A stretch of 64,000 nt of DNA, from assembly GCA_943356415.1 (NCBI GenBank), contig CALREW010000002.1, forward strand, positions 128,325 through 192,324. The letters are read 5' to 3'. The stretch is from Candidatus Nomurabacteria bacterium. GTDB taxonomy: Bacteria; Patescibacteriota; Minisyncoccia; Phycocordibacterales; SBAW01. The stretch's first letter is position 1, and each line of letters starts with the position of its first letter. Under the pieces are notes generated by a model, which was given only the letters and a program-made list of their open reading frames with translations, did not search any database and was not told where the DNA came from. The position numbers and the translations under genes were made by a program. Shown in pieces: positions 29,438 to 38,154 of this stretch.

Positions 29438-29489
29438 ATGCGAACACAAGCACCATAGCATAGCCGCAGCCTTCTGCTATAGTGCCTCG

Positions 29490-30041
29490 ATGAATCGGAT
29501 TATCACTATTGCCGGCGCTCCAGGCTCGGGCAAATCGTCAACGGCAAAGCGCGTAGCAGAGGCACTTGGCTTTAAACATTTTTCCTCTGGCGATCTCTTC
29601 AGACAAATAGCAGCTGAACGAGGTGTATCTATAGAAGAGATAAATAAAACTGCTGAGCTTGAGCAAGAAATAGACCATGCCGTTGATCAAAAGCTTCGTG
29701 ACTGCGCGACAGAAGATGGGCTGGTTATAGACTCACGCCTCGCATACCACTGGTTGCCTAATTCATTCAAAGTCTATCTTGCACTCCCGCTAGAGAAAGC
29801 AGCGGAGCGTATTTTTGCGCACGTGAAGGATGTTGGTCGTGAAAGTGAAAATGCAAAGACGCTCGAAGAGACACTGCAGAATGTGCGCATGCGCGCAGAG
29901 AGTGAAAAGAAGCGCTATATGAATCTCTACGGCATCGACCCTTCTGACCTCTCCCCTTTTGATCTTGTGGTTGATACCGAAAAAAACAATCTCGACGAGG
30001 TAGTCGAGCTGGTGCTGAGCGAGTACAAAAAACGTTCGTAG
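29490..30041 (+). CDS. cmk: cytidylate kinase
   Basis: IITIAGAPGSGKSSTAKRVAEALGFKHFSSGDLFR and LVIDSRLA motifs. Start set at MNRIITIAG. Confidence 0.8.
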   Translation: MNRIITIAGAPGSGKSSTAKRVAEALGFKHFSSGDLFRQIAAERGVSIEEINKTAELEQEIDHAVDQKLRDCATEDGLVIDSRLAYHWLPNSFKVYLALPLEKAAERIFAHVKDVGRESENAKTLEETLQNVRMRAESEKKRYMNLYGIDPSDLSPFDLVVDTEKNNLDEVVELVLSEYKKRS

Positions 30042-30106
30042 GTCTCCCCTAAAAATGCAAAGGGCCGGCAATCGCTCGCCGGCCCCGCACTACGCACGCA
30101 TTTGGA

Positions 30107-31201
30107 TTACTTGATGGACGCCTGCGCGTCCTGGAGAAGGCTGACCCACATCGCGACCAGCTCCTTGCCACCTTCCTTGTGGCGACGGCCGGCCATCAAC
30201 GTGGAGTGGAAGTCAGGCGTGCGCTCGTAGAGCGCCTCCTGCTTCTCCTTCATGACGCGGTAGAGCCTGGACCGCTCCTGGTCCTCGGGGGAGTTGTAGG
30301 CAGCATGTCCTTGCTGCACCCGGCTCCACCAAGCATCATGGGCTTGGGTGTAGTCGGCGTACCGTTCCTGCACGTCAGGATCGTAGAAGCGCTCGAAAGC
30401 GCGCTTGACCCCATCGAGCCGTTCGGCACGGTAGCCTTGCTCCTCCTTGGGAAGTTCGCGGAACGCTGCGAGTGCAGCAGCCTTTCGCTTGTTGTAGAAG
30501 GCTTCGAGCCGCTGCGGATCGCGCAGATGCTTGCGGGCCTTCTCCATCATCGCCTTGCGGATGCTGTCGATCAGCGCCCCCGACGTATCGGGGATGCCGC
30601 GCTCGGCGTATGCCGTGTTCGGGGCGCCATCGCTTTCATGGCTATAGTAGAGCGCCCACCAGCAGCGGTTGCCGGTGTAGGGCTCCCCGAAGACGGGTCG
30701 GCAGAAGTTACGCTCCAGCAGGACCGCCTTGGCGCCGTAGACGCCGGCGTGCTGGTGCTTGACCGTCTTGGCAACGGTCTCGTCCGTCACCATGATCTCG
30801 AAACCCATGGCTTCGACGCGTTCGAGCGCCGTTTCCATGGCATTCCAGATCCTCCAATCGGCGATAGCCTTGCCGATAGGGCCTTGAAAGATCACCGCTC
30901 CGAGAGCGATGACGATCGCGCACAGGGCCGCGATCACACCCATCCACAACTTCCTCATTTTCCGTTTTCCTTGCTCCTTGATGCCGCGAGGAGCGGCATC
31001 GACAGCTACGGGAGAGCCGTTGCGGTCTCCGATGATGAAATCCACGCTGAGGCCACCCGCAAGGGTGACCCCATCCACAACAGAAGCCACGAGGAGCTTC
31101 TTGTTGAAGTGAGGATTCTTCTCTTCGGTTACCTTAACGACCCAGGTCATGACACCGCGGAAGGGATCCTTCCCGACCACGTGTCCCTTAGTGCGCTCCA
31201 T
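30107..31201 (-). CDS. hypothetical membrane protein, high-GC cassette (364 aa)
   Basis: GC-rich coding with an internal TM helix WMGVIAALCAIVIALGAVIF. Own promoter and structured leader upstream. No recognisable catalytic motif. Confidence 0.45.
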   Translation of the reverse strand: MERTKGHVVGKDPFRGVMTWVVKVTEEKNPHFNKKLLVASVVDGVTLAGGLSVDFIIGDRNGSPVAVDAAPRGIKEQGKRKMRKLWMGVIAALCAIVIALGAVIFQGPIGKAIADWRIWNAMETALERVEAMGFEIMVTDETVAKTVKHQHAGVYGAKAVLLERNFCRPVFGEPYTGNRCWWALYYSHESDGAPNTAYAERGIPDTSGALIDSIRKAMMEKARKHLRDPQRLEAFYNKRKAAALAAFRELPKEEQGYRAERLDGVKRAFERFYDPDVQERYADYTQAHDAWWSRVQQGHAAYNSPEDQERSRLYRVMKEKQEALYERTPDFHSTLMAGRRHKEGGKELVAMWVSLLQDAQASIK

Positions 31202-31204
31202 CCT

Positions 31205-31300
31205 ACCGTTCCTTTCAGATAAGCGGGTGGTCCGGGTATCGGACCACCGAGCAAGCGGCGAATATGCCCCGCCTATTCGGTGGTCCGATATATAAGTAAT
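31205..31300 (-). promoter_or_regulatory. structured 5' leader with mutually exclusive hairpins (candidate riboregulator)
   Basis: On the minus strand the elements cggaccaccg / cggtggtccg / ccggaccacc can form two alternative 9-10 bp stems just upstream of the RBS aaagga. Confidence 0.4.
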
Positions 31301-31329
31301 CCAAATGTCAAAGTACCTAACTTGAACTA

Positions 31330-31357
31330 ATTATACCATATATAGAAATATAGTCAA
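31330..31357 (-). promoter_or_regulatory. near-consensus sigma70 promoter TTGACT-N16-TATAAT
   Basis: The minus-strand sequence reads ttgactatatttctatatatggtataatt within an AT-rich block. It drives the high-GC gene at 30107..31201. Confidence 0.6.
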
Positions 31358-31446
31358 GTACTTTTAGAGGAGTCGCAAATAGGGTGCGCATATGAAAAAA
31401 GCCCGCGGTTAGGGGCTAAAATAGGGTTTCTGAGTCAGAGGACTCG

Positions 31447-31557
31447 AAAAATTGCTTCAGATGCAAGACGTGGGGCTAAGGTCCCCGCGAGGCGTATCTG
31501 GCATACGACGAGCGGGGCCGAGGGGCCCCGCAACGCAGCAGATGGAGCAATTTTGCG
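31447..31557. ncRNA. candidate structured RNA element (three-way junction) immediately 3' of secY
   Basis: A 16-nt long-range helix ggactcgaaaaattgc / gcaattttgcgagtcc (1 mismatch) encloses two GC hairpins gtggggctaaggtccccgc and gcggggccgaggggccccgc. Confidence 0.3.
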
Positions 31558-31561
31558 AGTC

Positions 31562-32833
31562 CTAGTACTCGCGAATGGCGAGTTGGGCATCTATACGGCG
31601 TACGAGATCAAGCACTACGGAGACCACGATGAGGAGAGCGGTACCACCAATCGCCAGGGTATTTATGCCCGTGAGTCCTTGCATAACGATAGGCAGCACT
31701 GCAATAACGCCGAGGAAGAGTGCTCCTGGGAGCGTAATGCGGGTCACCACCTTTGCGAGGTAATCAGCGGTCGAAGCACCTGGGCGCACGCCCGGGATAA
31801 ACGCGCCGTCACGCTGGAGGTTCTGCGCAACTTGGTTTGGATCGAAGGTTACTGCGGTATAGAAGTACGTGAAGATAAAGACAAGTACGAAGTAGGACGT
31901 ACCGTATACCCAATGATTATTGAGAAGCGCGACGGCGTCGCTTGCGAACTTCACCAAGCGTGCACTATCAGAACCCGCGAGGAGCCCGAATGCCATCTGC
32001 GGAAGCAGCAAGATAGAAAGTGCGAAGATGATCGGGATTACGCCTGCTTGGTTGAGACGGAATGGGAGATATGTCGTTCCCCCACCCATCACACGCATAC
32101 CGCGAACACGCTTTGCGTAGGTCACCGGTATCGGACGCTCTGCTTCTGATACAACAACAACGCCCGCAATCGTCACAACTGCGACCGCAACGAAAGCGAT
32201 GTAGACAGGGAGCTGTGACGCATCGAACGTAAAGATAAGCTGACTTACCGTTGAAGGGAGGCGCGAAACAATACCTGCAAAGATAAGCATCGATACACCC
32301 TGGCCGATACCGAACTCAGAGATAAGTTCGCCGAGCCACATAAGGAGCATTGAACCTGCCGTCACGATGCCGACGTTCACCGCAAACTCAAACGGAGGAA
32401 GCGACGGAACGATACCCTGTCGCGTGAGGATAACGAGAAATGCGATGCCTTGAAGAACCGCGAGCGGCAAGGTGAGGAGGCGCGAGTACTGCGCAAAGCG
32501 GATGCGACCTGCTTCCCCTTCCTCTTGATACATGGCCTTCAGCTTCGGGAAGATGATGGTCATGAGCTGCATGATGATGGACGCCGTGATATACGGGCCC
32601 ACACCAAGGAGCACGATAGAAAGGTTAGAAAGACCGCCACCAGCAAAAATGTTGAGGATGCCGAAGAATTGATTTTGTGAAAACAGCTGTGCGAGCGCGT
32701 CGAGGTTAACGCCAGGAATCGGGATAGACGCAAGCGCGCGGAAAATAAATATCGCGGCAAGCACAAAAACCACACGACGCACCAGCGTCCAGTCCGAGAA
32801 GAACAGTGACGCTTTCTCGCGGAGTGTTTGCAT
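31562..32833 (-). CDS. secY: preprotein translocase subunit SecY
   Basis: 423 aa with 10 TM helices. Conserved GIMPYIxASI-like region (GVGPYITASIIMQL). Position after rplO. Confidence 0.95.
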   Translation of the reverse strand: MQTLREKASLFFSDWTLVRRVVFVLAAIFIFRALASIPIPGVNLDALAQLFSQNQFFGILNIFAGGGLSNLSIVLLGVGPYITASIIMQLMTIIFPKLKAMYQEEGEAGRIRFAQYSRLLTLPLAVLQGIAFLVILTRQGIVPSLPPFEFAVNVGIVTAGSMLLMWLGELISEFGIGQGVSMLIFAGIVSRLPSTVSQLIFTFDASQLPVYIAFVAVAVVTIAGVVVVSEAERPIPVTYAKRVRGMRVMGGGTTYLPFRLNQAGVIPIIFALSILLLPQMAFGLLAGSDSARLVKFASDAVALLNNHWVYGTSYFVLVFIFTYFYTAVTFDPNQVAQNLQRDGAFIPGVRPGASTADYLAKVVTRITLPGALFLGVIAVLPIVMQGLTGINTLAIGGTALLIVVSVVLDLVRRIDAQLAIREY

Positions 32834-32838
32834 ATGAG

Positions 32839-33282
32839 TTAGGCAATCGAACCGCCCGCTGCTTCTATTTTACGCTTTGCTTCAGCTGAGATGCTCATGC
32901 CAGCAACAAACATCAATTTCTTTGTGAGTTCACCGTCGCCGAGGATTTTTACCTTCGGACGCACCGATTTGCCACCACGCACCACGCCGCGCTTCACAAG
33001 TTCAGGGACGCTCACCGTCTCACCTGCAGCAAAGAAATGCTCGAGTGTCTTTACGTTAACTGCCTTTGCAGGCGCAACGATAGATACGTTGGTGTTTTTG
33101 CCGCGACCGCGAAGCTTAGGGAGTTTCTTGATAAGGTCGCGTGCTTCCGGACGGATGCGGTGACCGGCGCGCGCCTTCTGACCCTTGGTGCCGCGACCTG
33201 CCGTTTTTCCACGCTTACCACCACGACCCACTATTTTGTGAGCTTTGTTTGCGGTCCGACGTTTGAGTGTATTGAGCTGCAT
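32839..33282 (-). CDS. rplO: 50S ribosomal protein L15
   Basis: MQLNTLKRRTANKAHKIVGRGGKRGKTAGRGTKGQK matches the L15 signature. Confidence 0.9.
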   Translation of the reverse strand: MQLNTLKRRTANKAHKIVGRGGKRGKTAGRGTKGQKARAGHRIRPEARDLIKKLPKLRGRGKNTNVSIVAPAKAVNVKTLEHFFAAGETVSVPELVKRGVVRGGKSVRPKVKILGDGELTKKLMFVAGMSISAEAKRKIEAAGGSIA

Positions 33283-33294
33283 GGTGTTTTTAAA

Positions 33295-33906
33295 TTAGCT
33301 CTTCAACGACTGGAGTGCCTGAACGGTGGCGCGTGCATTGTTGAGGTGATTTTTGCTGCGGGAATGAATCTTGGCAGTGACGTTGGTTATGCCGGCAAGC
33401 TCAAGGACGGTGCGTACTGCGCCTCCAGCAACGAGACCGCGGCGAGGAGCCGGGCGAAGTGCAATAACGGATGCCGCGTATTTAGCCTCAACGTCGTGCG
33501 CGATCGAGTTGTCCTTGCGGAGCGTGAGCGTGAGGAGGTGTTTTCGTGCATCGCGTGTTGCTTTATCGATCGCAAGTGCCGTATCCCCTGCCTTACCAAG
33601 ACCAACGCCGACTTTTCCTTTCTTGTTGCCGATAACAATCGCAACCGAGAAGTTAAAGCGACGACCTCCTGCCATAACGCGCGCAACGCGGCGTATGTTG
33701 ATGATCTTGTTATCAAACTCTGAACGTGGGCGCTCAGCACGAGGACCTCCACGGCGCGGAGGTCGTCCTCCACGCTCGCCACGGCGGAACTGGCCACGCT
33801 TTTCTACTGCAGCCTCAGGAGCCTGCGTTTCGGATACCGCAGATGCCTCGACTACCGTCTCTACAGTCGTATCTATTGGGTTGTTGGTTTCGTCAGCCAT
33901 AGTCAT
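33295..33906 (-). CDS. rpsE: 30S ribosomal protein S5 (N-terminally extended)
   Basis: INIRRVARVMAGGRRFNFSVAIVIGNKKGKVGVGLGKA matches the S5 core. L30 is absent between S5 and L15. Confidence 0.9.
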   Translation of the reverse strand: MTMADETNNPIDTTVETVVEASAVSETQAPEAAVEKRGQFRRGERGGRPPRRGGPRAERPRSEFDNKIINIRRVARVMAGGRRFNFSVAIVIGNKKGKVGVGLGKAGDTALAIDKATRDARKHLLTLTLRKDNSIAHDVEAKYAASVIALRPAPRRGLVAGGAVRTVLELAGITNVTAKIHSRSKNHLNNARATVQALQSLKS

Positions 33907-33909
33907 TGA

Positions 33910-34263
33910 TTAAAACGCGAGTCCACCTTCACGTGCCCCTTCTGCAAGTGCTGCGACGCGGCCGATAAAGCGGAAACCTCCACGATCGAAGACAACCGTA
34001 CTAATGCCTTTTGCTTTTGCGCGTGCGGCAATTTCAGTACCGAGTCGTTTTGATGCAGAAACTTTGTTTGCTTCCTTTACGAATTCTTTTGTGGAACCAG
34101 CAACGAGCGTCGTCTGCGCTTCATCATCAACAAGCTGCGCTACCATATAGCGGTTCGACTTGTAGACAGAAAGGCGTGGGCGCGCGGCCGTACCCGAGAT
34201 ACGCGCGCGTATCTTGTTGTGGCGCCTCGTGAGCTTATTTTGTTTTACTGCAATGCCTTTCAT
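33910..34263 (-). CDS. rplR: 50S ribosomal protein L18
   Basis: RPRLSVYKSNRYMVAQLVDD...VFDRGGFRFIGRV. Confidence 0.9.
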   Translation of the reverse strand: MKGIAVKQNKLTRRHNKIRARISGTAARPRLSVYKSNRYMVAQLVDDEAQTTLVAGSTKEFVKEANKVSASKRLGTEIAARAKAKGISTVVFDRGGFRFIGRVAALAEGAREGGLAF

Positions 34264-34268
34264 ATGTG

Positions 34269-34802
34269 TTATGCAGTCTTTTTACCTTGCTTGCGGCGGA
34301 CGACTTCACCTTCGTAGCGAATACCTTTGCCTTTGTATGGTTCAGGCTTCTTCAGAGCGCGTATTTCAGCTGCAAACTGTCCGACCGCCTCTTTGTCAAA
34401 ACCACTGAGTGTGAGGCCAGTCTTATCGATCGATGCCTTAATACCATCAGGGATTTTCATTTTGACCGGGTGAGAGAAACCGAGGTTGAGATTGATGCTG
34501 TCCCCCGCCACTTCCCATTTGAAACCGACGCCTTCAATGGCGAGCTTCTTGGTGAAGCCTACAGTCACACCCGCCATCATATTGCGAACATGCGATGCAT
34601 ACGTGCCAACCAATGCGCGGGCGGTGAGCGACGTGCTCTTCTGTTCAACCTGCACGCCTTCTGCCGAAATAGAGATGCCTATCTCGCGCGGAATATCCTT
34701 CGAGAGTGTCCCGAGTGGTCCTTTGACCACGACAGAAACCGCAGAAGCATTTACTTCAGCTCCCTTAGGAATAGCGATGGGTCGTTTAGCAAGTCGAGAC
34801 AT
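34269..34802 (-). CDS. rplF: 50S ribosomal protein L6
   Basis: MSRLAKRPIAIPKGAEV...KGKGIRYEGE. Confidence 0.9.
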   Translation of the reverse strand: MSRLAKRPIAIPKGAEVNASAVSVVVKGPLGTLSKDIPREIGISISAEGVQVEQKSTSLTARALVGTYASHVRNMMAGVTVGFTKKLAIEGVGFKWEVAGDSINLNLGFSHPVKMKIPDGIKASIDKTGLTLSGFDKEAVGQFAAEIRALKKPEPYKGKGIRYEGEVVRRKQGKKTA

Positions 34803-34808
34803 ATAGAT

Positions 34809-35201
34809 TTACCAGATTTCAAACAAAGCCTCACCGCCAACACGCTCTTTGCGAGCAGCTGCGTCAGTGAGCACTCCTTTGGGAGTTGAAAGTACGAGAA
34901 GACCTTTCCCGCGTTTTACCGGGAATACTTCGCGAACACCTTTGTAGATGCGGCGCGAAGGCTTGGAGATGCGCTTAGTGCCGACAATCGCCGGCTTGCC
35001 GTCCTTGTAGGTGAGCTCGACAACCATGTGCTTGAGTGCAGTCTTTCCGCGGCGGCTTATTTCGCCAACATAGCCTTCCTTTGCAAGAAGATTGGCAAGC
35101 TCATTCTTCATTTTAGAGAACGGCATGATGACCTCAGTCTTTCCAACACGGTTGGCGTTTTTGAGGCGTATGAGGAAATCAGCAATAGGGTCGGTAGTCA
35201 T
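34809..35201 (-). CDS. rpsH: 30S ribosomal protein S8
   Basis: MTTDPIADFLIRLKNANRVGK. Confidence 0.9.
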   Translation of the reverse strand: MTTDPIADFLIRLKNANRVGKTEVIMPFSKMKNELANLLAKEGYVGEISRRGKTALKHMVVELTYKDGKPAIVGTKRISKPSRRIYKGVREVFPVKRGKGLLVLSTPKGVLTDAAARKERVGGEALFEIW

Positions 35202-35207
35202 GTTGGG

Positions 35208-35393
35208 TTACCAGGAAGACTTCTTAACGCCCGGGATCATGCCTTCACTTGCAAGTTCGCGGAAGCAGAGGCGGCAGAGATCGAAGTCGCGCATGTAGGC
35301 ACGCTTGCGGCCGCACTTGAAGCAACGGCGAACGACCCGAGACTTAAACTTCGGGACGCGCGACGAACGTACTTTGGTCGATGTTTTCGCCAT
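35208..35393 (-). CDS. rpsZ: 30S ribosomal protein S14, zinc-binding short type Z
   Basis: 61 aa MAKTSTKV...[25 protein letters not shown] with a C-x2-C...C-x2-C pattern. Start set at the internal ATG. Confidence 0.85.
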   Translation of the reverse strand: MAKTSTKVRSSRVPKFKSRVVRRCFKCGRKRAYMRDFDLCRLCFRELASEGMIPGVKKSSW

Positions 35394-35590
35394 GTGTTTT
35401 TGTGCCCTTTTGTGCCTTGGTCTCCTAAGTATTGGGGACCGAAGCGCTGTTCCATCCGTATCCGCCGCTATAAAAGTGAGCCCGGGCGGACGAGAAGGAA
35501 ACAAAAATGCCTGCAAACAGGCACCGAGGCATCGTATCAGCGCTACGGGGCAGTGTCAAACCAGACGGAGGCGGCGCAGGGAGGAGTCGG

Positions 35591-35618
35591 TTGACAGTCC
35601 CGCTCCTTCACGTATGAC
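35591..35618 (+). promoter_or_regulatory. sigma70-like promoter TTGACA-N16-TATGAC
   Basis: The sequence ttgacagtcccgctccttcacgtatgac lies 30 nt upstream of the plus-strand high-GC ORF. It points opposite to the ribosomal operon. Confidence 0.55.
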
Positions 35619-35649
35619 AGTAGATGGAGTCCACCTGGGAGAGATCCAT

Positions 35650-36051
35650 ATGAGCCACCGCCTCGCAATCTTTCTGTCCGCGCTCCTGTTTGGGGCGCTC
35701 GCGCTTATGGCGCCTGCAGCCGCTCAAATGGTGCCTGCGCCGACCGATATATCGGGAAAGCTGGACCGCCTTGAGCTCAACCCGGGAGAGGTGTCCCCAT
35801 GCGGTCCCTACTTCCTACCAACCGACCCGGGCTACGTCACCTTCAAGCTGGAGAACCGGCCGAACGGGGACCGCATGCTGGCGCTCGTCTTCATCATGCA
35901 GGTCCGGAATGTCCGTCTCGTGATCGATAACACGAAGGACGTGCCCTTCTTCTCAGCTCGGATGAACGCAGCTCGGCTCGAGTTGGTCCAGATCCGGCTC
36001 TCACAAGCAGCGCACGATCGGGCGCTATCATGCTTCTCTGAGAAAAGTTGA
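35650..36051 (+). CDS. hypothetical secreted protein (signal peptide), high-GC cassette inside the spc operon
   Basis: RBS ggagag 7 nt before the ATG. Signal peptide MSHRLAIFLSALLFGALALMAPAAAQ. GC-rich codons. On the opposite strand to rpsZ and rplE. Confidence 0.45.
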   Translation: MSHRLAIFLSALLFGALALMAPAAAQMVPAPTDISGKLDRLELNPGEVSPCGPYFLPTDPGYVTFKLENRPNGDRMLALVFIMQVRNVRLVIDNTKDVPFFSARMNAARLELVQIRLSQAAHDRALSCFSEKS

Positions 36052-36069
36052 TGGCATAGGGCCGTCAAC

Positions 36070-36105
36070 GAAACCGGCGCCACTCGGCGCCGGTTTTCGT
36101 TTTCG
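36070..36105. terminator. bidirectional GC-rich terminator
   Basis: Hairpin aaaccggcgcc-actc-ggcgccggttt followed by tcgttttcg. Lies right at the rplE stop. Confidence 0.65.
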
Positions 36106-36639
36106 CTACTTTTTGAACGGAAAACCGAGATGGGTCAGGTACGCAATTGCTTCTTTTGAGCTCTTGGCTGTAGTAACTACCGTTATTGCGAGACCGAATA
36201 CATCTTTGATGTCCTCATCTGCAGTTTCAGGGAATACGGTGTGCTCCTTGATGCCGAGCGTGTAGTTACCTACTTCGTCAGCGGCAGTCAAAGAAATACC
36301 TTTGAAGTCTTTGGTGCGTGGAAGTGCGATGTGGATGAGACGATTTACAAAATCCTGCATGCGCTTTCCGCGAAGCGTGATCTGATACCCGACTGGGTCA
36401 CCTGCGCGAACCTTAAACGTCGCAATGGACTTCTTGGCTGCACGCACGGCTGGCTTCTGACCAGTGATTTTGCCGAGGCGGTCTGCAACAAGCGCAATCT
36501 TGTTTTTGTCCTTCATCGAACCAGTACCAACAGAAATAACAACCTTAACGAGCTTCGGCGTCTCCATGATATTGCGGTAACCGAAATCTCCCTTGAGGGA
36601 CTCGAGCGCTTTCTTCTGTTTGTCTTGAATGAGTTCCAT
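36106..36639 (-). CDS. rplE: 50S ribosomal protein L5
   Basis: IMETPKLVKVVISVGTG...ITLRGKRMQDFVNRLI. Confidence 0.9.
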   Translation of the reverse strand: MELIQDKQKKALESLKGDFGYRNIMETPKLVKVVISVGTGSMKDKNKIALVADRLGKITGQKPAVRAAKKSIATFKVRAGDPVGYQITLRGKRMQDFVNRLIHIALPRTKDFKGISLTAADEVGNYTLGIKEHTVFPETADEDIKDVFGLAITVVTTAKSSKEAIAYLTHLGFPFKK

Positions 36640-36648
36640 GGAAGTGGT

Positions 36649-36903
36649 TTAGGCCTTTGCCTTCTTAGCCTTCGTCTCGCCCTTGATCATCACTTTGCTT
36701 ACGCGAATCGGGAGTGTCTTCTCGATTATCTGTCCCTTGGAACCAGATTTGCGCGCCTTCTCATGGCGTTTTACCTGGTTTACGCCCTCGATAAGCACGA
36801 GGCCAGCCTTCGGAAAGGCGCGGAGCACCTTGCCGGTTTTTCCCTTGTACTCGCCGGAGAGTACGGTGACGGTATCGCCTTTCTTTACGTGAAGCGTATT
36901 CAT
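36649..36903 (-). CDS. rplX: 50S ribosomal protein L24
   Basis: MNTLHVKKGDTVTVLSGEYKGKTGKVL is the KOW motif. Start set at the internal ATG at 36901-36903. Confidence 0.85.
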   Translation of the reverse strand: MNTLHVKKGDTVTVLSGEYKGKTGKVLRAFPKAGLVLIEGVNQVKRHEKARKSGSKGQIIEKTLPIRVSKVMIKGETKAKKAKA

Positions 36904-36907
36904 AAAT

Positions 36908-37279
36908 TTATATGACCTCAGGGGCCTTAGACGCGATGTCCTGGAAACCAAGCTCTGAAAGCTCACGCGGGATAGGACCAAAGATGCGACCTCCCTTTGG
37001 ATCGTTCTTGCCCTTTTCAAGGATAACGACTGCATTCTCGTCGAAACGGATGTAAGAACCATCCTTGCGGCGGAATGGCTTGCGCTGACGAACGACGACC
37101 GCCTCAAGAACATCCTTTTTCTTTACGCCTTTGCGCGGTTCCGCAACTTGAATAGAGAGAACGACTTTCTCGCCTATCTCTGCATAACGCTTCTTAGAAG
37201 AGCCGAGCACCTTGAAGATGCGTCCGATCTTTCCACCGGTGTTGTCAGCTATTTTTACGATTGAGCGAGGTTGAATCAT
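36908..37279 (-). CDS. rplN: 50S ribosomal protein L14
   Basis: MIQPRSIVKIADNTGGK. Confidence 0.95.
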   Translation of the reverse strand: MIQPRSIVKIADNTGGKIGRIFKVLGSSKKRYAEIGEKVVLSIQVAEPRKGVKKKDVLEAVVVRQRKPFRRKDGSYIRFDENAVVILEKGKNDPKGGRIFGPIPRELSELGFQDIASKAPEVI

Positions 37280-37285
37280 ATGAGT

Positions 37286-37528
37286 TTAGGCGATGACCTC
37301 GAAGGACTTATTCTTCGAAATAGGGCGGCATGAACGGATAGTCACCGTATCACCTTCCTTGGCGGTATTGCCCGGGTTGTGTGCCTGGAAACGCTTCCAA
37401 AGCTTCATGTACTTCTTGTACTTCGGATGCTTCACATAGCGAGTGACGCGCACAACAACGGTGTCCTTCATTTTGTCGGACACTACGGTGCCGGTGAACG
37501 TCTTAAGTTGTACTGTTTTCTGTTCCAT
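37286..37528 (-). CDS. rpsQ: 30S ribosomal protein S17
   Basis: KTFTGTVVSDKMKDTVVVRVTRYVKHPKYKKY. Confidence 0.9.
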   Translation of the reverse strand: MEQKTVQLKTFTGTVVSDKMKDTVVVRVTRYVKHPKYKKYMKLWKRFQAHNPGNTAKEGDTVTIRSCRPISKNKSFEVIA

Positions 37529-37533
37529 ATGCG

Positions 37534-37719
37534 TTATGCGTTTTTCTGAGCAGTCATTTCCGTAAGGGCGCGAGCGATATCTTTACGAAGGGTCTTTTGC
37601 TTCTTTACGTTGCGATCAGAGCTTCCTGCAGTACCAAAGCGTATCGAGCGCAGCTCTTCCTGCTTTTCAGCAACAAGCTTCATGAGTTCACCCGCTCCTT
37701 TTCCTTTCATGTCAGTCAT
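37534..37719 (-). CDS. rpmC: 50S ribosomal protein L29
   Basis: 61 aa helical protein MKGKGAGELMKLVAEKQEELRSIRF, in the L16-L29-S17 position. Confidence 0.85.
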   Translation of the reverse strand: MTDMKGKGAGELMKLVAEKQEELRSIRFGTAGSSDRNVKKQKTLRKDIARALTEMTAQKNA

Positions 37720-37725
37720 AGAGGG

Positions 37726-38148
37726 TTAGTGCGCGCGAGCGACAACTTTGCTTTTAAGCGGCAATTTTGCGCCAGCCTTCTTGAGGGCTTCACGCGCAAC
37801 TGCTTCAGGAATACCGTCGACTTCGAACATAACGCGACCTGGAAGAACTTCGACTTCGTAACCTACCGGGTCTCCCTTTCCTTTACCGAGCTTTACCTCC
37901 GGTGGCTTCTTGGTGAATGGCTTGTCAGGAAAAACGCGTATCCAGATCTTGCCGGTCTTGCCCATCGAGCGCACGATAACCTTGCGCGCAGACTCAATCT
38001 GGTTGGACTTCACGCGATGCTCAGAAACTGCCTTGAGGCCAAAGCTTCCGAACGCCAAAGTAGTGCCGCGAGTAGCAACTCGGACTTTGTTGGCATTGCG
38101 GCGCATCGTGTGCCACTTGCGAAATTTTACTTTCTTAGGAAAAAGCAT
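37726..38148 (-). CDS. rplP: 50S ribosomal protein L16
   Basis: MLFPKKVKFRKWH...RGTTLAFGSFGLKA. Confidence 0.95.
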   Translation of the reverse strand: MLFPKKVKFRKWHTMRRNANKVRVATRGTTLAFGSFGLKAVSEHRVKSNQIESARKVIVRSMGKTGKIWIRVFPDKPFTKKPPEVKLGKGKGDPVGYEVEVLPGRVMFEVDGIPEAVAREALKKAGAKLPLKSKVVARAH

Positions 38149-38154
38149 GGTGGG

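Noticed and set aside
30179-31222. 347-aa plus-strand ORF and several Arg/Pro-rich ORFs (30472-30947) opposite the 30107..31201 gene
   Set aside because: These are mirror frames of a high-GC gene. The RRRRR / PRRR low-complexity content is a classic artefact.
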